NCBI GenBank assembly: GCA_965213625.1
Contig: CBDBZU010000004.1
Span: 704,001 to 768,000, forward strand
Direction: 5' to 3'
From: a bacterium
GTDB lineage: Bacteria > UBA8248
Length of the DNA: 64,000 bases
This document shows positions 54,975 to 63,296 of the stretch, in pieces (position 1 is the stretch's first letter; every line of letters starts with the position of its first letter). Below the pieces are notes generated by a model. The model made no database searches. It saw only the letters and a program-made list of their open reading frames with translations, and was not told where the DNA came from. Position numbers and translations under genes: made by a program.

Positions 54975-55799
54975 ATGAATGAGACATCCGGGTACGACCC
55001 CGAAGCCTTCAGGGAATTCGAGCGCACGGGCTGGAACGGCGCGGCGGGGGAATACAACGACCTGTTCGGCGTCATCACCTCGCAGGCGGTCCCTTCGCTA
55101 CTCGATGCGGTGGACGCGCAATTCGGAACGCGCCTGCTCGACCTAGCCTGCGGGACGGGCGTCGTCTCTGCGGGGGCGCTGATGCGCGGCTGCACGGTGG
55201 TGGGGGCCGATTTCGCCCCGGACATGCTGGCCGAGGCAACGCGCCGTTGGCCGGGGGCGGAGTTCAGGCTCTGCGACGCGGAGGACATGCCCTTCGAGGA
55301 CGCGCGATTCGACGCCGTGGCGAGCAATTTCGGCTTCCTCCACTTCCCGCATCCGGAAGTCGCGCTGGCCGAGACGACGCGCGTGCTCAAGCCCGGCGGA
55401 AAACTCGCCTTCACCGCCTGGACGCACGACGCGGGCCACCGGGCGCTGATGGCGCGGGCCATCAAGGAGCACGGCGACCCGGACGTCCCCCTTGTGGCCG
55501 GCCCGCCGGAACCCTTCCTGGAGGACGATGAGAAATGCGCGCGCGTGATGGAGGCGGCGGGCTTCAGCACGCCTGATATTACGGGATTCACCCTCTACAT
55601 GAGAGCGGAAGAACCCGAACATCTCATCGACGTTTTCGAGAAATCCACCGTGCGCACGGCGTCGCGCCTCGCCTCCCAGACGGCGGAAGCCAGAGCGAAG
55701 ATACGAGAGGTGCTGGTCGGGATGCTGCGCGAATACGAGAGCGAGGGAACCATCCAGGTGCCCATGCAGGCGAGGCTTATCTCCGCGCAGAAGAGGTAG
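54975..55799 (+). CDS. class I SAM-dependent methyltransferase
   Basis: LLDLACGTG, DAE.MPF.D..FDAV, RVLKPGG. Confidence 0.9.
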   Translation: MNETSGYDPEAFREFERTGWNGAAGEYNDLFGVITSQAVPSLLDAVDAQFGTRLLDLACGTGVVSAGALMRGCTVVGADFAPDMLAEATRRWPGAEFRLCDAEDMPFEDARFDAVASNFGFLHFPHPEVALAETTRVLKPGGKLAFTAWTHDAGHRALMARAIKEHGDPDVPLVAGPPEPFLEDDEKCARVMEAAGFSTPDITGFTLYMRAEEPEHLIDVFEKSTVRTASRLASQTAEARAKIREVLVGMLREYESEGTIQVPMQARLISAQKR

Positions 55800-55933
55800 G
55801 GCGGTCGGTTACGGACGCAGGCAGGCTGTAGGGGCGGTTCGCGAACCGCCCTACGCAGACGAAACCGGGCGGACACGCAGGTCCGCCTCTACGGAAACCC
55901 CTTTGACGGACAGGCACAGGGGCCTGTCCCTAC
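55796..55933. repeat. GTAG-type REP cluster (BIME-like) between convergent genes
   Basis: GTAGGGGCGGTTCGCGAACCGCCCTAC (55828-55854), GGGCGGACACGCAGGTCCGCCTCTAC (55867-55892), GGACAGGCACAGGGGCCTGTCCCTAC (55908-55933). Confidence 0.8.
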
Positions 55934-55964
55934 GGACCCCAGCAATATAATGAGAAAAGTCCGG

Positions 55965-56819
55965 CTACGGACTTACGTGCGCGGGCGGCGTCTTGCCGTT
56001 CATCCAGTCGACGATGGCGGCCACCGTCTCGCGTTCGGCCCCGATGAAACCGTGCGCGCTCATCGCCCGGCAAGGGTGAGTGAGCGACATATCCCCTCCG
56101 CTGATGGTGATGAAGTTCTTGCGCGGGCTTTTCACGATAGAACGGTATGAGGCCACCGCAGACGTGTAGGTCGTGACACGGCATTCATCATCCGAGTGAT
56201 GGACCATCAGGACGGGACGTTCGATTTTATCCGTATCGAAGACAATCGAATCCACGCTCGCCGTGAGAACGTAGCCCTTCACATTCGCGTGCGTCATCAC
56301 GGATGCCAGGTAGGCGGCGGACACCGTGCCCCGGCTCGTTCCGACGAGGAACACCTCACGCGCGCCTTCGCTGACCAGAAAATCCACCACTGCCTTTAAG
56401 TCCGCATGATGCGCCTTCGATGAGCGGAAGTGATCGTCCATGCCGCCGCTCCTGTCCGAGGGCGCATCGACAACCGCCGTGACGAACCCCGCCCTGGCGA
56501 AAAGCGGCGCGCTCCTCACCAGAAAATTTCTGTTGAGCCCGAGACGCCCGCCCTTCTTCACCGTAATCGGCGTGCCGACGCCTCCCTTGAAGAGGATGAC
56601 GGCCTTATGCCCCGCATCCGCCGCCCTGGCGATCAAAAGGCGCTGGCGAACGCCCTCCCTTGTGGGAAGATGCACGTCCTCCCATGCTAGCGACGCGCCC
56701 TTTGCGAAATCGCCGTAGGTGAGGACGTCGACTTTTTTCCGTTCGATTTGCGCGGCATGAAGCCCGCCGTCGACCAAAAGGGCGCAGGCGAGCATCGCTG
56801 CCAGTATCCATCGCGTCAT
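55965..56819 (-). CDS. secreted alpha/beta hydrolase
   Basis: Signal peptide; ILFKGG.G, NFLVRS, GTSRG, HH.DD.C, C...SAHGF. Confidence 0.8.
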   Translation of the reverse strand: MTRWILAAMLACALLVDGGLHAAQIERKKVDVLTYGDFAKGASLAWEDVHLPTREGVRQRLLIARAADAGHKAVILFKGGVGTPITVKKGGRLGLNRNFLVRSAPLFARAGFVTAVVDAPSDRSGGMDDHFRSSKAHHADLKAVVDFLVSEGAREVFLVGTSRGTVSAAYLASVMTHANVKGYVLTASVDSIVFDTDKIERPVLMVHHSDDECRVTTYTSAVASYRSIVKSPRKNFITISGGDMSLTHPCRAMSAHGFIGAERETVAAIVDWMNGKTPPAHVSP

Positions 56820-56844
56820 ACGTGTTGTTCTCCCCTGCTCTTTG

Positions 56845-59193
56845 CTACCAGCGCAGCGAGCCGCGCAAGGCGAGGCCGTGGTCGACGTCGTCGTAGCTCT
56901 CGCGGCGCTCTCCCTCCAGGCTCATGCTCAAACGCTCGCCAACCCTGAAGCGGCCGCCCACGCGGTAGGTCTCCACCGCTTCTGAGAGCGACATGCCGCC
57001 GTAAGGGGTCAGCAAGCCGCCCATCCCGTCCAGACCGTAGCCCACCTCCGCGTCGAGACGCGCGCCGGGGTCGAATTCCCCGTTTCCGATGAGGCCCGCC
57101 GCGCTGCGCTGCACCCAGAGCCCGTCCGCTCCGCCCGCCGGGGCGCCCCAGGACGAACCCATACGCATGGACAACCCGCGTCCCCCTTCGCCCGGTGCGA
57201 GAAGCACCGAGCCGCTCACGCCCCATTCCTCATAATCGCCGTCTGCATGCGCCAGCAGGCCCCGGGTGTTCACCTGCACTGCGAAGCCCGAACCCGCGTA
57301 GCGCAGCCCCCCGCCGACCTCGACGCCGCCTCCCGTCTCGGCGTCGCCGCCGTCGTAGCGCAGGCCCACTTCGAGCGAGGGCGTGAGGCGCGCACCCGAA
57401 GCGAGCCCGATTTCACGCGAGGCTTCGAGCGCGAGCCGCAGACGGCTCGTCTCCACTTCGGCCTCGGCGAGATTTTGAGTCTCATCGGAACTCGTCCACG
57501 TCATCAGTGCGTCCGAGCGAAGCGCGAGTTCGATACCGCCCTCCTTCGAGGCGGGCAGCAGCACGCTGCGCCCCCCGACAGCCGCCATGTTCATCTCGAT
57601 GTCGGTCTCGACTGAGCTTCTTCCCGCCGTGGCGAGGGTCAACTCGCCGCGTCCGTGGCCGAGTATTCCCCAGGCCGATAGGCGCTCGCCCAGGCGATAA
57701 CGCGCGTAGGGATACACGCCGGTGAGGGTGCTCTCGAGTTCGCCGCCGCAACCGGTACTGCAGGCCCCGCCGTACTGGAACTCCCCGTCTCCCGCGCTGC
57801 GCGACAGCGCGACGCCTGCCAGCCACCGCTCACGTTCGAAGTCGAAGCCCAGCGTCCCGGTCGTGACGTCGCCATCGAGCGCGAGCGCGCCCTCTTTCGC
57901 GTCGAAGCCCGAACGCGCCGCGCCTCCCCAGAACGACCAGCCCCCGCCGGAATCACCCCCCTCCGCAGAAGCCAGGTGAAAGGAACTCGCCAGCAGCAAC
58001 TCGCTCATCGACATCTCGCGTCCCGTGAGAGCGTCCCCACCACGCTCATCGAGCAGACCCTCCGCGAGGCGCATGCCGGAATCCGCGTCCGCCAGAGGGA
58101 GGGGGGAGGCGCCTGCGAGGACATCCTGACCGCCCAGCGTCAGACGAGCTCTCGGCGTTCCGCGCATCCGATCATTGATGGCCTCGGTGACATGCTCCGC
58201 CGCCGTGCGCCCGAAGCGCGCGAGCCACGCCCTGTGCGGGGAGGGAGAGTTCTCGTCCGTGAGCAGGTTCGTGTTCGTTACCGTTCCCGTGTTCAGCCAC
58301 TCGACGATGCCCGCCACCGTCTCGCGCTCCTTGCCCAGGAACCCGTGCGCGGCCAATGCCCGGCAAGGATTATCGTCTATCGGCGGACTCCCTCCGCTCA
58401 CCGAGATGAAATCCTTGCGCGTGCTTGCCGGGATGGTCTCGAATATAGCCAGCGCGTCGGCGTACCTTGTTACCCGGCACACATCGCCCGTGTGATGCGC
58501 CATCAAGACGGGGGCTGTAATTCGACGCGCATAAGACCTGACGGCCGACGGGCTCTCGGCCAGACTCGCCGTGAGGACATAGCCCGCGACGTTCGCGTGC
58601 GTCATCACGGTCGCCAGATACGCGACGGACAGCGTGCCCCTGCTCGTACCGATCAAGTAAATTTCGCGCGCCCCCTCGCTCACCAGAAAATCCACGGCAG
58701 CACGTATGTCCGTGAGGTGCATCGACGATTGCCTGAAAGCGTCGGTCATGCCGCCGTCTCTGCCGCCTCCCGGCCCTTCGGGCCTGTCCGAGGGTGACTC
58801 GACGACCGCCGTAATGAAGCCCTCATTGGCGAAAAGCGGAGAACTCCTCACCAGAAAATTATCGACAAACCTGAGGCTTGCACCTTCATCATACGAAATC
58901 GGCGTTCCGTTGCCGCCCGGAAAAAGAATCACCGCCTTGGTTCCCGCGTTCGACGCCCTGGCAAGCAGAAGACGCTGGCGCACGCCCGGCCGCGTGGGGA
59001 GGTACACGTTTTCCCAGGCGAGCGACGCGACGTTCCCGGCGCCGTTGGGGTGGGATTGGAGATCGACTGCACTCCGCTCAAAGTGCGTGGGTTGCGGCAT
59101 TACGGCGGGCGGGGTGCCGCCTCCACCGCCGCCGCATCCCGCCGGTCCGAGCGTCAATAGCGCCGCCAGTGCGAAAGCACTCAGCTTGTTCAT
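56845..59193 (-). CDS. lipoprotein autotransporter-like protein: hydrolase passenger plus C-terminal beta-barrel
   Basis: Lipobox-like PAG-C and poly-Gly; GTSRG hydrolase; linker AWLARFGRT; amphipathic beta strands; terminal Trp. Confidence 0.75.
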   Translation of the reverse strand: MNKLSAFALAALLTLGPAGCGGGGGGTPPAVMPQPTHFERSAVDLQSHPNGAGNVASLAWENVYLPTRPGVRQRLLLARASNAGTKAVILFPGGNGTPISYDEGASLRFVDNFLVRSSPLFANEGFITAVVESPSDRPEGPGGGRDGGMTDAFRQSSMHLTDIRAAVDFLVSEGAREIYLIGTSRGTLSVAYLATVMTHANVAGYVLTASLAESPSAVRSYARRITAPVLMAHHTGDVCRVTRYADALAIFETIPASTRKDFISVSGGSPPIDDNPCRALAAHGFLGKERETVAGIVEWLNTGTVTNTNLLTDENSPSPHRAWLARFGRTAAEHVTEAINDRMRGTPRARLTLGGQDVLAGASPLPLADADSGMRLAEGLLDERGGDALTGREMSMSELLLASSFHLASAEGGDSGGGWSFWGGAARSGFDAKEGALALDGDVTTGTLGFDFERERWLAGVALSRSAGDGEFQYGGACSTGCGGELESTLTGVYPYARYRLGERLSAWGILGHGRGELTLATAGRSSVETDIEMNMAAVGGRSVLLPASKEGGIELALRSDALMTWTSSDETQNLAEAEVETSRLRLALEASREIGLASGARLTPSLEVGLRYDGGDAETGGGVEVGGGLRYAGSGFAVQVNTRGLLAHADGDYEEWGVSGSVLLAPGEGGRGLSMRMGSSWGAPAGGADGLWVQRSAAGLIGNGEFDPGARLDAEVGYGLDGMGGLLTPYGGMSLSEAVETYRVGGRFRVGERLSMSLEGERRESYDDVDHGLALRGSLRW

Positions 59194-59357
59194 GGACGTG
59201 TTTTACGGAATGCCATTTCGCAAACCCTCCTCGTGGTCGATGCGCCCAATATCAAATGGGGCTTTCCCAATCGAAGAAGGGCTCCGGAAATATGCCGTGT
59301 ATTCTGCTTGTCTCATCCGTTCAGGTATGAGTCAACCGGAAACCCACGCGCTCTTCT

Positions 59358-59954
59358 TCACTTGAACGGCATGATGGAGCCGGTGCGCTTCATGGGTTTC
59401 TCCATCCGCCAGAGCTGCCTTTCGAGCGCCTCTTCCGAGCACGTCCCGAGGGCCAGGGAGCGCGCCATGTGGCGGCTCGGGAGCCTGCGTCCGCCCCGCG
59501 TGAGGCGGGAGGGTTCTGCGCCGATGGTGAGGCACTTGTCGGGATGCGCCTTCAAGCTCAGGCGGTAGTTCTCGAATCGCCAGTTCTGAAGCGCCGTGCC
59601 GTCGCATTTTTTGAGGGTGAGCTTGGCACCGTCCGTAGCGGAAGCCGCCGTGACGCACAGGCCGTATTCGGGCATCCGTAGCATGCCATTCTTTACGGCG
59701 GCGGGGTCGAAATGCTCGTCCAGGTTCCAGATGCCCTCTTTGCAGGTGTGCACGCTGAGGGCGGCTGTGGTTCTCACACGATCGCGGTGCCCGGGAATGT
59801 CGATGCAGTGAAACCTCGGCTCATCGAGGGGATAAAACGCCTTGATGAAGACGACTTCCTTTTCCATGGCATGCGCCTGATGCGGTGTGAACACGAGCGC
59901 CGGAAGAACCGCCAGACACGCCACTACCACACACCGACCGATACGCCGAATCAT
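59358..59954 (-). CDS. secreted ricin-B-type beta-trefoil protein
   Basis: Signal peptide; CIDI, LCV.A....GA.L.L..CD....QNW, CLT...C.....QLW; AAGGAG RBS. Confidence 0.7.
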   Translation of the reverse strand: MIRRIGRCVVVACLAVLPALVFTPHQAHAMEKEVVFIKAFYPLDEPRFHCIDIPGHRDRVRTTAALSVHTCKEGIWNLDEHFDPAAVKNGMLRMPEYGLCVTAASATDGAKLTLKKCDGTALQNWRFENYRLSLKAHPDKCLTIGAEPSRLTRGGRRLPSRHMARSLALGTCSEEALERQLWRMEKPMKRTGSIMPFK

Positions 59955-60237
59955 TTTACGCTCCTTATCGAAAAGGCGGGAGGCGGCAAGTACGCCCGCT
60001 GGGTTGATAATGTTTTCCGCGATGCTTTCATGCAGGGTGGGTGGTGTCAATGAGGGGGTCGATATCGGCCTCCCGGCGTCATTCGGGAGCCTTCCCGGTT
60101 CGGATAGATCGGCCAGCGACACAAGTTGAATACCGATTCAGCCGAATGCGACGGCCCGGCGACCGTCAATGGTTTGTTGAGGCAACCGGTTATCAATGAT
60201 AGCATCACGAATCTCATCATCTTGGAAGGGGTCTTTC

Positions 60238-60792
60238 ATGGAGAAGACTCTGGTGATTCTCGATCCCTCGGGAATACCACCGTTGATCGAAAAGGTGCGG
60301 CCCGCCGCCCGCCCCGCCTCCCACGAGGGCATTCGCTTAGGCCTTCTCGACAACACGAAACCAAACTCCGACAAGCTGCTCTTCCGGCTGGAAGAGCGCT
60401 TAAGCGGAAAATTTCCCATCGCGTCGTTCACGCACTACCGCAAGGGTGGCAGCGCGCTCCCCCTGGAGGAGGACCTGATCGAGCGGATGGCGAAGGAGTG
60501 CGACTTCGTGGTGAACGCGGTGCCCGACTGAGGGTCCTGCACGCCGTGGAGTATCCACGACGCGATCGAGCTCGAACAGCGCGGGCTGCCCACGCTCACC
60601 ATCATCACGGACATGTTCGAGGCCTTCGGCCGCAAGAAGGCGCGGGCCCTGGGCTTTGCGGGCCTGCCGCTCGTCTCGATCCCCCATCCCATCACCGGAA
60701 TACCGCTCGATACGGTGCATACCCACGCGGACGGGATTTTTGAAAGCGTGGCGGAGTCCCTGACGCAGACGCCTACGGAAGACGAAGAATGA
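60238..60792 (+). CDS. second UGSC-family selenoprotein (TGA 60529-60531 read as Sec), 184 aa
   Basis: CCC GAC TGA GGG TCC TGC ACG CCG TGG AGT ATC CAC GAC = P-D-U-G-S-C-T-P-W-S-I-H-D; read-through frame stays open to TGA 60790-60792, which overlaps the next ATG. Confidence 0.9.
60545..60559 (+). promoter_or_regulatory. candidate SECIS hairpin
   Basis: CGTGGA-GTA-TCCACG at +14..+28; loop G at +20. Confidence 0.7.
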
Positions 60793-61844
60793 AGCTGGCC
60801 TCGGTGCGCCACGAGGTGGCGGAATCCCCCTTGGAACTCCTCGAGTACGTGATGGAGCAGGGCTGGGGGGACGGGCTGCCCGTCATCCCGCCCACCGAAG
60901 AGCGGGTGGCGGCCATGGTGGAGGCATCGGGGCGACCGCCGGAAGAGTCCCGCGGACGCATCCCCCATCTGTTCGGCGACGCCACGATCGAGAAGATCGC
61001 CGTCAACGCCGCCATGGCGGGTTGCAGGCCCGAGTACATGCCCGTCCTCATCACCGCCGTCGACGCCATTTTCGACCCCATTTACAACCTGCCCGGAGTT
61101 CAGGGGACGACGAACTGCATCGCACAGCTCATCGTCGTCCACGGCCCCGCCCGCCATGCGCTGGGGATCAACTGCAAGGAAAACCTCTTCGGCCAGGGCT
61201 GGCGGGCGAACGCCACCATCGGCAGGGCCTTCCGGTTCATCCTGCAGAACATCGGGGGCGCCAAACCGGGCGATACCGATAGAAGCACCTTCGGCCACCA
61301 GGGCAAGTTCTCGAGCTGCATCGGCGAGAACGAAGAGGCGAGCCCGTGGCCGCCGCTCCACGTCGAGCGCGGCCTGGAGCGCTCGGACAGCGCCGTAACG
61401 GTCATCGCCGTCGACCCGCACATCATGGTCAACGACGCGGCCAGCACGGATGGCGAGGGCGTGCTGCAGTCCATCGCTTCCTCGATGATGCAGGCGGGGA
61501 GCAACAACGCGCTTTTTGGCGGCGAGATGATTGTCGTACTCGGCCCCGAACACGTCGACATGCTCGTGCGCGACGGCTGGGACCCGCCACGAATCCGGGC
61601 CTTCCTATACGAGAGGGGCAGGGTGCCGACGTCCTTCTTTGCACCTGCGAACCTGGAGCGCGCGCGGGGGCGCCGGGGTGAACTCTTCGCCCGGGAAGAC
61701 CTGGAGAGCGTTCCCGTCGTCGACGATGAGGAGAGCATCTGCCTGTTCGTGGCGGGTGGCCTCGGGAAGCACAGCCTCGTCATCCCGACGTTCGGAAACA
61801 CGCATAGCGTCACGCGCAAGATTGAACATTCTTTCACCGACTGA
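60789..61844 (+). CDS. UGSC-associated conserved protein (paralog of 20256..21350)
   Basis: DGLPVIPPT, AVNA.MAGC.PEY.P, QGTT, RANATIGRA, ENEEASPW. Confidence 0.8.
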   Translation: MKLASVRHEVAESPLELLEYVMEQGWGDGLPVIPPTEERVAAMVEASGRPPEESRGRIPHLFGDATIEKIAVNAAMAGCRPEYMPVLITAVDAIFDPIYNLPGVQGTTNCIAQLIVVHGPARHALGINCKENLFGQGWRANATIGRAFRFILQNIGGAKPGDTDRSTFGHQGKFSSCIGENEEASPWPPLHVERGLERSDSAVTVIAVDPHIMVNDAASTDGEGVLQSIASSMMQAGSNNALFGGEMIVVLGPEHVDMLVRDGWDPPRIRAFLYERGRVPTSFFAPANLERARGRRGELFAREDLESVPVVDDEESICLFVAGGLGKHSLVIPTFGNTHSVTRKIEHSFTD

Positions 61845-61879
61845 AACATTACTTCGGTTTTCCGAGACGGGAGGTAGAG

Positions 61880-63013
61880 ATGAACGAAAGACAGGCGGCG
61901 GTTGCGCCGGATTTTACAGCTCTGCGCGATGAATTCCCCGTCACCCGAAACTGGACCTACCTGGACCTCGCCAACAAGGCGCCCCTTCCCCGATGCGCTC
62001 AGGACGCCATTCCTGACTTCCTGCGGGAGATGAACGAACACGGCGGCCGGGAGGCCTTCTCCAAGCTCCGCGTAGAAGAGATTCGCGCCTCGCTGGCTTC
62101 GCTCCTGGGCGTCGCGCCGGGGACGCTCGCGTTCATCAAGAATACCTCAGAGGGCATGAACATCGCCGTACAGGCGCTGGATATCAAGGCGGGAGACAAC
62201 GTAATCCAGACCGAAATGGACCACCCGAACCAGGTGTACGCCTGGAAGCGCCTGGAAGAAAGAGGCGTCGAATTGAGGTGGGTGCGAAACAGGGACGGCC
62301 GCTTTCCGCCCGAAGCGTTCATCGAGCAGATGGACGGGAGAACGCGCGCCGTGGCGGTCTCCTACGTGATTTTCGGGACGGGCTTCCGGGTGGACCTGCC
62401 TGCCCTGGGCGCTGCCTGCCGCGAGCGCGGAATTATCTTGATGACGGATGCGATTCAGGGAGTCGGAATCCTCTCGGCATCGTTGCCGGCCCTCGGGGCG
62501 GACATCGTGGTGTGCGGCGGGCACAAGGGACTGCTCGGCCTGCCGGGCACGGGATTTCTCTTTTGCCGCGAAGACCTGATTCCCGGGATGAAGCCTCCTT
62601 TCTTCGCCCGCGCCAGCATGGTCCGCGAAGTGCTCGACCGGATGGAGGTGGGTCTGGCCCCGGACGCGCACCGCTTCGAGATCGGAAATCAAAATTACTT
62701 AGGATTATGGGTGCTCGGCCGCTCGATCGAGCTCCTGGCGGGGGTGGGGCTTGCGCAGGTCGAGGAGCGCGTCCGGGGATTGACGACATATTTGATGGAA
62801 CTGCTCGATAGGCGGGGCGAGAAGATTCTGACGCCTCGTCCCTGGGAGGAGCGCGCCGCCATCGTAAGCATCGAGTCGTCCGATCCCCCGAAGGCGGCGG
62901 CGCAACTGCGCGAGAAGAAAATCATCGCCAGCGCCCGCAACAACGCCCTTCGCTTTGCGCCGCATTTCTATAATACCGAAGAAGAACTCGAGCGGACTGT
63001 CAGCCTGCTCTAG
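61880..63013 (+). CDS. class V PLP enzyme (C-S lyase-like)
   Basis: LR.EFP, YLD.A, NTSEG.N, DAIQG.G, GHK.LLG.PG.G, RFE.G, RFAPHFYNT. Confidence 0.85.
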   Translation: MNERQAAVAPDFTALRDEFPVTRNWTYLDLANKAPLPRCAQDAIPDFLREMNEHGGREAFSKLRVEEIRASLASLLGVAPGTLAFIKNTSEGMNIAVQALDIKAGDNVIQTEMDHPNQVYAWKRLEERGVELRWVRNRDGRFPPEAFIEQMDGRTRAVAVSYVIFGTGFRVDLPALGAACRERGIILMTDAIQGVGILSASLPALGADIVVCGGHKGLLGLPGTGFLFCREDLIPGMKPPFFARASMVREVLDRMEVGLAPDAHRFEIGNQNYLGLWVLGRSIELLAGVGLAQVEERVRGLTTYLMELLDRRGEKILTPRPWEERAAIVSIESSDPPKAAAQLREKKIIASARNNALRFAPHFYNTEEELERTVSLL

Positions 63014-63296
63014 GGAATTAGAACTGTAGCGCCTGGCCCTCCAGAATCGGTTCCTTTCCCGCATCCGGCAAGTTTATCTTCAACCGAGATTTCTCCAATA
63101 CGCTGAACTCCCGGAAACATCCAGGAAACAATCCCGAAATCCCGAATTAACGATCGCGAAACCCGCAAGACACGTATGGCTCATATCCTGATGAATGTAG
63201 CAATGGGGCGGCAGCGTTCTTTCGGCTCGAATCTTCACCTACATGGAACATTTTCCCCGCAACCCGCGTCGCCGGGCGCAACGAAGGAGATGAGTG

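Noticed and set aside
55796-55933. CRISPR array
   Set aside because: The units are non-identical palindromes with short irregular spacers and no cas genes; better explained as REPs.
14700-60531. TGA as Trp or Gly (genetic code 4 or 25)
   Set aside because: Many genes end normally in TGA, including ATGA overlaps, Trp is encoded by TGG, and the read-through TGAs fall only at Cys-type motif positions.
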